Origin: Candidatus Dormibacteria bacterium
GTDB taxonomy: Bacteria > Chloroflexota > Dormibacteria > Aeolococcales > Aeolococcaceae
Reading direction: 5' to 3'
DNA: 35,278 bases
Assembly: GCA_046263035.1 (NCBI GenBank)
Contig: JBHELP010000203.1
Span: forward strand, 1 to 35,278
Part shown: positions 12,402-21,263 of the stretch, in pieces
Position numbering within the stretch: position 1 is the first letter of the stretch
How the letters are laid out: the number at the start of each line of letters is the position of its first letter
Notes under the pieces: model-generated
The model's input: the letters and a program-made list of their open reading frames with translations, nothing else
Databases searched by the model: none
Told to the model about the DNA's origin: nothing
Position numbers and translations under genes: made by a program

Positions 12402-14158
12402 TGGGGGAGCCTCACGACACGCATGACTGCGACGTCCTGGTGATCGGTGCGGGGGGCGCGGGATTGCGAGCCGCCATTGCGGCGGCGGAGTCCGGTGCCA
12501 GCACCACCGTGGTCTCCAAGTCCCTGCTGGGCAAGGCCCACACTGTGATGGCGGAGGGGGGCATAGCGGCGGCGCTCGGCGGGGTCGACGCCGAGGACGA
12601 TTGGGAGACCCACTTCGCCGACACCATGCTCGGTGGCCAGATGATCAACAACTGGCGCATGGTGGACATCTATGCCCGGGAGGTGATCGAGCGGGTCCAC
12701 GAGCTGGAGCGGTGGGGCGGCCTCTTCGACCGCACCGATGTCGGCCGGATCCTCCAGCGCGCCTTTGGCGCGCACAGCTGGAGACGGCTATGCCACGTCG
12801 GCGATCGCACCGGCCTCGAGCTCATCCGCACCCTGCAGGACCGCGTCGTGGCCAGCGACGGAGTGCGCATCCACATGGAACACACGGTCACCACGCTGCT
12901 CAGGGAGGGCGAGACGATCGCCGGCGCCCTCGCCTATCGGCGCGGGGACGGCGGCTTCGTGGTCTACCGGGCGGGGGCGGTGGTCCTCGCCGGCGGAGGG
13001 TGGGGCCGCATGTACCGGCACACCTCCAACTCGTGGGAGGGGGTCGGCGATGGTGCCGCCCTGGCTCTTGAGGCTGGCGCCGAGCTCATCGACATGGAGT
13101 TCGTGCAGTTCCATCCCACCGGGATGATGTGGCCGCCCGGGGCGCGGGGCATCCTCGTCACCGAGGCCGTCCGCGGTGAGGGCGGTCACCTCTACAACGC
13201 GGAGGGCAGGCGGTTCATGGCCGACCACGACCCCGAGAAGCTGGAGCTCAGCAGCCGGGACGTCGTGGCTCGGGCGATCCACCGTGAGGTTGAGGAGGGC
13301 CGCGGCAGTCCCCACGGGGGCGCCTTTCTGGACATCCGCCATCGAGGCCCAGAGCACATCCGGCGCACGCTTCCCTCGATGTGTGAGCAGTTCGAGGCGC
13401 TGGCGAGCGTCGACATCACCCGTGAGCCCATGGAGGTGGGACCCACCATCCACTACACCATGGGGGGTGTACGCGTGGATCCCGAGACCGCGGCCACCCG
13501 CGTCGCCGGCCTATACGCCGCCGGCGAAGTGGCCGGCGGCCTCCACGGCGCCAATCGCCTGGGGGGCAACTCGCTCGGCGACATCCTTGTGTTCGGCCGC
13601 CGGGCGGGTCTGGCCGCCGCCGAGTGGGCGACAGCACGGCGGCGGGGCCGGGGGCGGCACGACGCTCAGGCCGTTGCCGCCGGCCAGGCCTCCATGCTGG
13701 CCCCGCTGGACACGTCTCCGCGTGTCGAACCACCGGAGAGCCCGCACCGCCTCCATGAGGCCCTCCAGGATGTCATGCAGGAGGATGCGGGCATTGCCCG
13801 GACGGGCGTGTCCCTTCAGCGCTCGCTCGAGCTCATCGGCGAGCTGGCCGAACGCAGTCGCCGGCTCAGCGTCAGCGGGGGACGCACCTTCAACCCCGGC
13901 TGGCAGGCCTGCCGCGACCTCGCCTGCATGCTCATCGTCTCAGAGGCCATCGTGCGCAGCGCTCTGGCCAGGACTGAGAGCCGTGGAGCCCACTGGAGAT
14001 TGGACTACCCCCAGCGTGACGACGCCGATATGCACAACAACGTGGTCGCCCTGGACACTGTGATGTCGGTGACGGCGGTGGCCGTGGAACCCATGCCGGC
14101 GGAGATCCGATCGCGGCTCTCCAGAAGCCGACTCGCACCTGGGGGCGAGCACCGGTGA
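12401..14158 (+). CDS. sdhA: succinate dehydrogenase/fumarate reductase flavoprotein subunit
   Basis: It has a DVLVIGAGGAGLRAAIAAAE FAD fold plus HPTGM, RGEGG and HYTMGGV motifs. I use the internal ATG 12401 of ORF 11717..14158, because the upstream extension overlaps sdhC. Confidence 0.9.
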   Translation: MGEPHDTHDCDVLVIGAGGAGLRAAIAAAESGASTTVVSKSLLGKAHTVMAEGGIAAALGGVDAEDDWETHFADTMLGGQMINNWRMVDIYAREVIERVHELERWGGLFDRTDVGRILQRAFGAHSWRRLCHVGDRTGLELIRTLQDRVVASDGVRIHMEHTVTTLLREGETIAGALAYRRGDGGFVVYRAGAVVLAGGGWGRMYRHTSNSWEGVGDGAALALEAGAELIDMEFVQFHPTGMMWPPGARGILVTEAVRGEGGHLYNAEGRRFMADHDPEKLELSSRDVVARAIHREVEEGRGSPHGGAFLDIRHRGPEHIRRTLPSMCEQFEALASVDITREPMEVGPTIHYTMGGVRVDPETAATRVAGLYAAGEVAGGLHGANRLGGNSLGDILVFGRRAGLAAAEWATARRRGRGRHDAQAVAAGQASMLAPLDTSPRVEPPESPHRLHEALQDVMQEDAGIARTGVSLQRSLELIGELAERSRRLSVSGGRTFNPGWQACRDLACMLIVSEAIVRSALARTESRGAHWRLDYPQRDDADMHNNVVALDTVMSVTAVAVEPMPAEIRSRLSRSRLAPGGEHR

Positions 14159-15036
14159 ACGGCCCGTCGCGCCCCCGCCACGCCGCCCGTCGCATGGACC
14201 TCACCGCGACCGGCACGCCCACCCCGGTGGAGCCGTTTGCGGGCTCGCCGGACGCGGTCCACCTGCGCATATTCCGGGGCATCCCCGGCGCCCCGGGCGC
14301 AGAGATCGACTATCGGGTGCCGGCGGTCACCGGCATGGTGGTGCTCGACGCCATCCACTACATCCAGCACCATCTGGACACCGACCTCGCCTGCCGGTGG
14401 AACTGCAAGGCCGCCAAATGCGGATCATGCGGCGCCGAGGTGAACGGCCGGCCGGTGCTGCTCTGCAAGACGCGCGTCGACGCACTTCCCCCGGGCCCGA
14501 TCACGGTGGGGCCGATGCAGGCCTTTCCGCTGATCAAGGACCTGGTCTGCGATGTGTCGGCAATGTACGAGCTGAATCGGACGATCCGCCCCTTCAGCGC
14601 CGAGGACGGGGATGGCGGCGATGCGACCGAGCCCTGGCGCATCGCACCCGGGGACATCGGGCGGCTCTACGAGTTCCGCCGATGCATCGAGTGCTTCCTG
14701 TGCCAGGACGTCTGCCATGTGCTCCGTGACCACGACGCCGGGGAGCGATTCCTGGGACCGCGCTACTTCGTCCGGGTGGCGGCGCTGGAGATGCATCCCC
14801 GCGACCTGGGCGACCGCATCGAGCAGACCCGGACGTCGGGAGGGCTGGGCTACTGCAATGTGACCAGATGCTGCACCGAGGTCTGCCCGGAGCACATCAA
14901 CATCACCGATGACGTCATCATCCCGCTCAAGGAGCGCGCCGCCGACAGGCACTGGGACCCCTTGCGCCTCATCGGCCGCCGTCTTCGTAAACGGGGCCTG
15001 GGAAGGCGGCCGCATCTTCCCACCGCGCCGCCATGA
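14155..15036 (+). CDS. sdhB: succinate dehydrogenase/fumarate reductase iron-sulfur subunit
   Basis: Cys clusters are CRWNCKAAKCGSCG..C, CIECFLCQDVC and CTEVCP. There is a GTGA overlap with sdhA at 14155-14158. Confidence 0.88.
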   Translation: MNGPSRPRHAARRMDLTATGTPTPVEPFAGSPDAVHLRIFRGIPGAPGAEIDYRVPAVTGMVVLDAIHYIQHHLDTDLACRWNCKAAKCGSCGAEVNGRPVLLCKTRVDALPPGPITVGPMQAFPLIKDLVCDVSAMYELNRTIRPFSAEDGDGGDATEPWRIAPGDIGRLYEFRRCIECFLCQDVCHVLRDHDAGERFLGPRYFVRVAALEMHPRDLGDRIEQTRTSGGLGYCNVTRCCTEVCPEHINITDDVIIPLKERAADRHWDPLRLIGRRLRKRGLGRRPHLPTAPP

Positions 15037-15347
15037 CCGGCGAGCTGATCATGGTGCTCGTCGCGTTGGGCCTGCTCGCCGCTTTCATCGTCTTCTATCG
15101 ATATTCGCGCACCCCCGCCTGGGAGACGTCGGAGACACGGCAGGCATTGCTCAATGTGATCGTCGCCGTCGGCCCGCTTCTGGGCATGCACTACAAGCCG
15201 CCGCGGCCACCGCTACCGGGGATCATGACCCCGGGGCCGGAATCCGCTGACGAGGACCCCTTCCCGGGCCCGGAGGCGGAGCTCAGGAGTCCGCCGGAAA
15301 CCCCTCACGGAGTGGACCGGCCAGGTCAGGGAGGTGACCGGCAATGA
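15033..15347 (+). CDS. small membrane protein coupled to sdhB (2 predicted TM plus Pro-rich tail)
   Basis: There is an ATGA overlap with the sdhB stop (15033-15036). Third-position GC is high in the first ~60 codons. Hydrophobic helices are LIMVLVALGLLAAFIVFY and LLNVIVAVGPLLGM. Its 3' end overlaps the mdh 3' end by 65 nt. Confidence 0.45.
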   Translation: MTGELIMVLVALGLLAAFIVFYRYSRTPAWETSETRQALLNVIVAVGPLLGMHYKPPRPPLPGIMTPGPESADEDPFPGPEAELRSPPETPHGVDRPGQGGDRQ

Positions 15348-16260
15348 TGTCGACGACCTCGCGGACGGCGGCGACGGAGGCCTTGAGCGCCGCAACCTCC
15401 TCCTCGACGAGCTCAATCTCCACCACCTCTATCAGCCCACCTGCGCCGAGGCGGCAGGGAACTCCGGTGAACACCCCTTCGATCCCGTATTCCCCCTGGA
15501 GCCGCACGCTGCAGGGCAATACCCGCCCCGTGTCGAGAAGGATGGCGTCGGCCATCTGAGCCACCGCCGCGCTGGGGGCGTAGTGGGCGCTCCCGGTGCG
15601 CAGGAGCTCGACGATCTCGGCGCCCCCGTCACGGACGCGCTGGACGATGGCTTCGAGCCGCGGACCCGGGATCAGCTCGCTGACCGGGACACCGGCGACG
15701 GTGGCCAGGCGGGTGAGGGGCACCATGGTGTCGCCGTGGCCCCCGAGCACATGAGCGTGCACGTCGGTCACCGAGGCGTCGAGCTCCATCGCCAGGAAGG
15801 TGCGGAAGCGAGCGGTGTCCAGGATCCCCGCCATCCCGATGACCTGCTCGCGGGGGAGTCCACTGGCGGCGTGGGCGACTTGGGCCATGGCGTCGAGGGG
15901 GTTGGTCACCACCAGCAGCACGCACTCGGGAGAGCCCCTGGCGATCTCCGCGGCCACCGTCCGGACCACACCGGCGTTGACCGTGACCAGCTCATCGCGG
16001 GACATGCCCGGCTTTCTGGCCACGCCCCCGGTCAGGACGACCAGATCGGAGCCCTCGGAGTCGTCATAGCCGTTGCTGCCGGTGATGATCGTGTCATACC
16101 CGCAGATCGGTCCCGCCTGGCGCATGTCCAAGGCCCGACCCTGGGGCAGCCCCTCAATGATGTCGACGAGGACGATGTCGGCGTTGTTGCGCTCCGCCAG
16201 GCGTTGGGCGACCGTCGAGCCGACATGGCCGGCCCCGGCGACGGTGATCTTGGCGCGCAT
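15283..16260 (-). CDS. mdh: malate dehydrogenase (LDH-like type)
   Basis: The N-terminus MRAKITVAGAGHVGSTVA is a Rossmann fold, followed by GVARKPGMSRDEL, VVTNPLD and GGHGDTMVP. GGAG lies 5 nt upstream of ATG 16260. The longer ORF to 16980 is antisense to nth. Confidence 0.92.
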   Translation of the reverse strand: MRAKITVAGAGHVGSTVAQRLAERNNADIVLVDIIEGLPQGRALDMRQAGPICGYDTIITGSNGYDDSEGSDLVVLTGGVARKPGMSRDELVTVNAGVVRTVAAEIARGSPECVLLVVTNPLDAMAQVAHAASGLPREQVIGMAGILDTARFRTFLAMELDASVTDVHAHVLGGHGDTMVPLTRLATVAGVPVSELIPGPRLEAIVQRVRDGGAEIVELLRTGSAHYAPSAAVAQMADAILLDTGRVLPCSVRLQGEYGIEGVFTGVPCRLGAGGLIEVVEIELVEEEVAALKASVAAVREVVDIIAGHLPDLAGPLREGFPADS

Positions 16261-16344
16261 GGAGACTCCGTACGGTTGACGGCTCTGGGAACCACACCCT
16301 GGAGGGGCGGCGCCGGGCAGCATAGGTGAGAGCATCATCGCCTC

Positions 16345-17046
16345 ATGGTCATCCCCTCCGCGCGCCGCCGCCAGGCCGCTCGCGGTTCTCGCCGGCGCCG
16401 TCCCGCAGGGGCATCGCGGCGCCTGCCCCTGGTGGTCGAGCGGTTGGCCGCCGAGTACCCGGCGCCCGAGTGCGCGCTCATCCATAGGTCGCCCCTCCAG
16501 CTGCTCGTCGCCACCATCCTCAGCGCCCAGTGCACCGACGAGCGGGTCAACCAGGTCACGCCGGTTCTCTTCGCCCGGTACCCCGGCGCCGCCGAACTGG
16601 TCGGCGCCGGTCGCGCCGAGTTGGAGGAGGTCATCCGCCCCACGGGCTTCTTCCATGCCAAGGCGCGTGCCATCCAGGAGATGTGTCAAGACGTGGTGAC
16701 CCGCTACGGGGGATCGGTGCCGATGCGCATGGAGGAGCTGGTCACCCTTCGCGGGGTGGGCCGCAAGACCGCCAACGTGGTGCTCGGCGTGGCCTTCGGC
16801 ACCCCCGGGTTCCCCGTGGACACCCACGTCACGCGGCTCACCCACCGGCTGCGCCTCAGCGCCGGCACGGACCCGGTGGCCATCGAGGAGGACGTCTGCG
16901 GCATGGTCCCGGCGGAGCACTGGACGGATCTGGGACTGCGCCTCATCCTCCACGGCCGCCGCGTCTGCACCGCCCGGCATCCCGCCTGTGCCCGCTGTGT
17001 CCTCAACGACCTCTGCCCGAGCGCAGACCTGGGCCCGGCCCCCTGA
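16345..17046 (+). CDS. nth: endonuclease III
   Basis: It has LLVATILSAQCTDERVN, the HhH-GPD motif LRGVGRKTANVVL with VDTHV, and the C-terminal 4Fe-4S cluster CxxxxxxCxxCxxxxxC (CTARHPACARCVLNDLC). Confidence 0.92.
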   Translation: MVIPSARRRQAARGSRRRRPAGASRRLPLVVERLAAEYPAPECALIHRSPLQLLVATILSAQCTDERVNQVTPVLFARYPGAAELVGAGRAELEEVIRPTGFFHAKARAIQEMCQDVVTRYGGSVPMRMEELVTLRGVGRKTANVVLGVAFGTPGFPVDTHVTRLTHRLRLSAGTDPVAIEEDVCGMVPAEHWTDLGLRLILHGRRVCTARHPACARCVLNDLCPSADLGPAP

Positions 17047-17069
17047 GGGACACGCCCTCGGGCATGCCG

Positions 17070-17378
17070 CTAGGCGGGTGCGCCCCCTATCCGGAGGGCC
17101 CAGGATCGTGCCTGGTCGTCGGGCACCGGAGTGTGGCCGTCGAGGGACTGGGCCAGGCGCTTGGCCTCGATGGGGGAGAGACGGAGCCGCCCCGCCGCCT
17201 CGGGGGTGATGAACTCCGCCTCGATGCAGAGATCGATGAAGGTGGTCAGCTGGGCCGGGTCCAGAGGGTCCAGGGCACGGATCTTGCGCACCAGCCGCTC
17301 CCGCTGGCTGGGGAGATAGACACCCAGATCGGCGAACGCGAGCAGGACGGCTTTGGCGAGGTCCAGAAGATCGTCCAC
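17070..17378 (-). CDS. hypothetical protein (102 aa)
   Basis: It has a GTG start, high third-position GC and a protein-like helical composition. I recognise no family. It lies 60 nt downstream of the oxidoreductase gene on the same strand. Confidence 0.5.
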   Translation of the reverse strand: MDDLLDLAKAVLLAFADLGVYLPSQRERLVRKIRALDPLDPAQLTTFIDLCIEAEFITPEAAGRLRLSPIEAKRLAQSLDGHTPVPDDQARSWALRIGGAPA

Positions 17379-17438
17379 GGCGTGCGGCTCAGCTGGTCGG
17401 GGTGAGACGCTGCACGGCGACGCGGGTGACCATCGCCG

Positions 17439-18503
17439 TCATGGTACCTGGCCGACCGCGGGAGTCGACACATCTGCGCGATCGCCGGAGCCCGCGGCCA
17501 GGGCCGCGGCCAGCAGGCCGGCGACGCCCACCGTCTCAGCGCTCCGTGCCGCCCGCCAGCGGCCGTCGTCGAGGTTCTCCAGCAGCTCATCGTAGAGAGA
17601 GACGTAGAGGTCGTTGACCATGCCCCGGTCGCTGAGGGCCTCAACGCGGCTGGCCACCTCATCAGGGCCGGGGTTACCCACGAAGAGACCATCGTTCTCC
17701 CAGTGGAGCCGCAGACCCTCGGCGCGGTGTTCGAAGGTGATCAGGTTACGGCGGGAGCGACCCTGGTAGGTGACATGGATCTCGGCAGTTCCCCTGCCCA
17801 GCGAGAGGGTCACCGTGGCGCTCTCGGCGCCGCCGTCGCCGGAGCGCGCGCAGCCCACCACCCGAGCTGCGGGGTCCAGGCCCCAGCAGAGGGCCAGGTA
17901 GTGGACGGCGTGGTCGCCGAGGATGCCGCCCTCCCGGAGTGGCTGGGCGCGCCAGCCGCCGGCGCTCAGGGGATCGGTGCCGGGCCGCTCCACCAGCACG
18001 CTCAGCGAGAACTCCTCGTCGCGGCGGCGGGCCTGGCGCACGGCCTCGGCGAAGAGACGCCAGGTGGGCGCATGGCGGTACTGGAGGACGGTGGCCATCA
18101 GGGTCTCGGGGTGGCGCCTGCGCAACTGTCTCAGGGAGGCCACGTCGGAGGCGTCGAGACCGACCGGCTTCTCGCACAGCACGTGGATGCCGCGCTCCAC
18201 AGCGGCGGCGATGGCGCGCCTGTGGGCGCTCGGCGGGGTGGCCACCACGAGGATGGTCGGCGAGGTGGCGTCGAGCATGGCCTCCACAGCGTCGAAGGCC
18301 CGGGCGCGGGGGAGATGGCCCAGCGCGGCGTCCAGTCGCGTGCCATCGTGATCGGCGATGCCCACAACCTCGGGTGGGGCCGGGCGGCCCGGGTGGCCGA
18401 GGGCGGGAAGGTGCGCTCGCATGGCGGCGGAACCAACCCCGCAGATGGCCAGCCGCACTCCGGAGCCGTCAGTGGCTTCCCCGACGGCCGCGGAGGCCGT
18501 CAA
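17439..18503 (-). CDS. Gfo/Idh/MocA family oxidoreductase
   Basis: The N-terminal Rossmann fold is RLAICGVGSAAMRAHLPAL, with the family EKP motif in HVLCEKPVGLD. The TTG start overlaps the aminotransferase stop (TTGA at 18500-18503). A GTG at 18485 is an alternative start. Confidence 0.8.
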   Translation of the reverse strand: MTASAAVGEATDGSGVRLAICGVGSAAMRAHLPALGHPGRPAPPEVVGIADHDGTRLDAALGHLPRARAFDAVEAMLDATSPTILVVATPPSAHRRAIAAAVERGIHVLCEKPVGLDASDVASLRQLRRRHPETLMATVLQYRHAPTWRLFAEAVRQARRRDEEFSLSVLVERPGTDPLSAGGWRAQPLREGGILGDHAVHYLALCWGLDPAARVVGCARSGDGGAESATVTLSLGRGTAEIHVTYQGRSRRNLITFEHRAEGLRLHWENDGLFVGNPGPDEVASRVEALSDRGMVNDLYVSLYDELLENLDDGRWRAARSAETVGVAGLLAAALAAGSGDRADVSTPAVGQVP

Positions 18504-19815
18504 CCGGCGAGCGCGGCCGACAGAGCTTCGAGTGCCTGATCAGCCTCCGCCTCAGTGAGAACGAGAGGGGGGTTGAGCCGCACCGAGGGAACGTCACCCA
18601 CCGTCAGCAGGCCCCTGTCGAGGCAGCCCCGGAACAGGCGGCGGCAGAGGTCGGGCGACGCGGCGCTCCCGGATTCGGGATCCACCAGGTCGAAGCCGAG
18701 CATCATGCCCGCCCCTCGTGAGGCGGCCAGGTATGGGGAGCAGCGTTCGATCTCCTTGAGTCCCCGGGCCAGCCGGCCGGCGACGGTACTGACATTGTCG
18801 AGGAAGCCGGGCGCCGTGATGATGTCCAGCACGGCAATGCCGGCGACGCAGGCCAGCGGGTTGGCTCCGTAACTGCTCGAGGTGGCCGACGGCTCGGCAA
18901 AGATGCTGCTGTCCCAGAGCCGCGAACCGGCCGCCACGCCGCTGAGCGGGAATCCACCGCCAATGGCCTTGCCGAGCACCAGAATGTCGGGGACGACATC
19001 GAAGTGGTCACACGCGAAGTTGGTGCCCAGACGCCCGAAGCCCGTGATGGACTCGTCGGCGATGAGCAGCCAACCATGCCGGGTGCACGTTTCGCGGAGG
19101 GCCTTGAGGAATCCGCGTTCGGGAGGGCGGTTGCCGGCAGTGCCCAGCACGGGTTCCACCATCACGGCGGCCACGCCGTCGAGCCTGGCGGCAAGACCCT
19201 CGATGGCGACCACTGCCCGGTCTCCCGACTCGGCACAGGCCGGGTAGCTGGTGGCGTCATGGTCGGAGCAGACCGGATAGGGGACGTCGTGCACCCAATC
19301 GATGCCGAGCGCGGCCCGTTCCTCGGGAAAGCGATGCCCGGTGAAACGGACGGCCGCCGTGCGGCCGTGGAAGCCGTCGGTGAAGGAGATGACGTGGCGG
19401 TTGCCGGTGTGGGACTGGGCGAGGCGCACGGCAACCTCGACGGCCTCGGCGCCCCCGGAGTACAGCGCCACACGCTCCAGGCCGGGCGGGAGAAACTCGG
19501 CCAGCGCGGCCAGGTACTCGGCGTGTTCGGGGGTGTGCAGGACGCAGGCGGTGAGACGGGACGCCTGATCTGCCAGCGCCCGTGCGAAGCGCGGATGGCC
19601 GTGGCCGATGGCCGCCACCCCATCGCCGTGGCGAAGTCCAGATATCGCCGGCCTCGCACGTCGACCAGATACGACCCCTCACCGTGGCCGATGATGATGT
19701 CCGCCGACTCGGCGATGCGCCGGGGACCGCCTCCACCGAGACGGCGGATGGTGTCTGGAACCGCCTCGGGGGCGATGGGATCGGTGGACGAGGCGATGTG
19801 GAGCGCTGAATTCAC
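18500..19815 (-). pseudogene. class-III (PLP) aminotransferase, frame-broken at 19618-19621
   Basis: The N-terminal part (GHGEGSYLVDVRGRRYLDFATAMG) is in the frame of ORF 19162..19944. The remainder (AAIGHGHPRF...FHGRT...DESITGFGRLG...LVLGKAIGGG) is in ORF 18500..19618. One extra G in the GGGG run would join them as DFATAMGVAAIGHGHP. Confidence 0.75.
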
Positions 19816-19992
19816 TGGATCTCGCTGGGGCGGGACGGCCGCGCATGGATGGAACCGCCGCAGTGTACGGGGCGTTGCACGTTTCCCGGCCGTCGTCGCG
19901 GACACGCGCATCCAGCAGCGATCATTGGGTACGATGGTTGCCAAGGGGGCGCATCACCGTCAATCTGGCGCTCCCGGCCCAGTTTTCATCGA

Positions 19993-20754
19993 GTGACCGT
20001 CACCTCCTCTGCAAAGCCTGCCCCTCCGGCTGAGACCGGAGAGTTCGCCATTTTCAGCGACCGCCCGGGGGGCGGTGCGGTGCCACAGGCACCGCCGCAG
20101 CGCGCCCAGCTCCCCAACCCGCGCATCACGCGGCCTCAGAACCTGCCCCGTGCCGTCCGCCCGGGAACCGTCCCGGCACCGGACCATCACCACCTTCCCG
20201 GCTGGGTCCGCCGTGCCCACGGACAGGCGCAGCCCATCCTCGCCGACCTGATGGGCGCGCTCGAGGGGGAACGCCGCACCGAGATGAGTGCCAGACTGGA
20301 GGCGTTGGTGGGCAGCATCAGCGCCGGTAAGTTCAGCCAGGCATGGCACTACCCGCGTCTGATCGAGGAGGGCCGGTCCCTGCTCGAGGCGCAGCAACGT
20401 GACAACGCCGAGGCGGCCCGGGCGCGCACCGCTGTGGAGCAGTCCCGGCGCCGCGTGTCCGACCAGCTCCGCGACAACGCCGATCGGCTCCCCTCGGACA
20501 CGGCGGGGCGCCTCGGCCGTGCCCTTCGCTCGGCCACGGACCGCGAGACCGTGGCCGCCGTCGCCCGTGAGGTGGAGGGGGCCGTCGGCAGCGTTCGCAC
20601 CCTGGAGGAGCGCCGTCGGGACCGTGAGATCGGACGAACACGAGCCAAGATCCGCAAAGCGCTTCCCAAGTCCGCTCCTCTGGAGTCCTCGGCTGAGACA
20701 TGGCAGGAAACGCTGCGCCGCTTCGCCGAGCAGCAGGCCGCGCAGGGTTCGTGA
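19993..20754 (+). CDS. hypothetical Arg/Glu/Ala-rich helical protein
   Basis: I use the in-frame GTG 19993 of ORF 19849..20754, because third-position GC is high from about there. The C-terminal ~170 aa look like a coiled coil. The stop overlaps the next start. I recognise no family. Confidence 0.5.
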   Translation: MTVTSSAKPAPPAETGEFAIFSDRPGGGAVPQAPPQRAQLPNPRITRPQNLPRAVRPGTVPAPDHHHLPGWVRRAHGQAQPILADLMGALEGERRTEMSARLEALVGSISAGKFSQAWHYPRLIEEGRSLLEAQQRDNAEAARARTAVEQSRRRVSDQLRDNADRLPSDTAGRLGRALRSATDRETVAAVAREVEGAVGSVRTLEERRRDREIGRTRAKIRKALPKSAPLESSAETWQETLRRFAEQQAAQGS

Positions 20755-21263
20755 CCACAGCCGCGCCGCTCTCCTCGCTCGACCCGGATCGTCTGGCGCC
20801 CGACGCCTCCAACCCCGAGGTGTCGCGACTGATGAGGCCCGAGGTTGTCTTCTGCCTCCCCAGCACCAATATCGACGCCGTGGCAAAGCTCATGGCCGAC
20901 AACGACCTCGGTGAGGTGGCGGTGATCATCGACCGCCGGCCGGTGGGCTTTGTCGAGGCCGGCGATATTCTCGACCGGCTGGCCACCGGTGACGTTGTCA
21001 TCCGCGGCAGCGATTTCGCAGTCCGCCCACCTGTGACCGAGGTGCAGGCCAGGGACCTGCTGCGCTCGCCTCTCGTCCTGGTTGACGAGCATCAACGGAT
21101 CGGCGAGGTCGTCTCCCTGATGCGGCGGCGCGGGCGCAGCCTGGCGCTGGTGATGCACGAGGACGAAACACCCGTGGGCATGGTGACGCCGCGCGAGCTG
21201 GCCGCCTTCTTGGCGGCCGCCCACACCGCCGGGAGCACCATGGCCGGGGCCGGGCATGGCTGA
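20751..21263 (+). CDS. stand-alone CBS-pair (Bateman) domain protein
   Basis: There are two CBS repeats (MRPEVVFCLPSTNIDAVAKLMADNDLGEVAVI..GFVEAGDIL and LLRSPLVLVDEHQRIGEVVSLMRRRGRSLALVM..VGMVTPREL). GTG 20751 overlaps the upstream stop (GTGA). Confidence 0.75.
   Translation: MTTAAPLSSLDPDRLAPDASNPEVSRLMRPEVVFCLPSTNIDAVAKLMADNDLGEVAVIIDRRPVGFVEAGDILDRLATGDVVIRGSDFAVRPPVTEVQARDLLRSPLVLVDEHQRIGEVVSLMRRRGRSLALVMHEDETPVGMVTPRELAAFLAAAHTAGSTMAGAGHG

Noticed and set aside
16261-16980. Upstream 240-aa extension of the mdh ORF
   Set aside because: It is antisense to nth. The MDH Rossmann fold begins at ATG 16260, which has a GGAG site.
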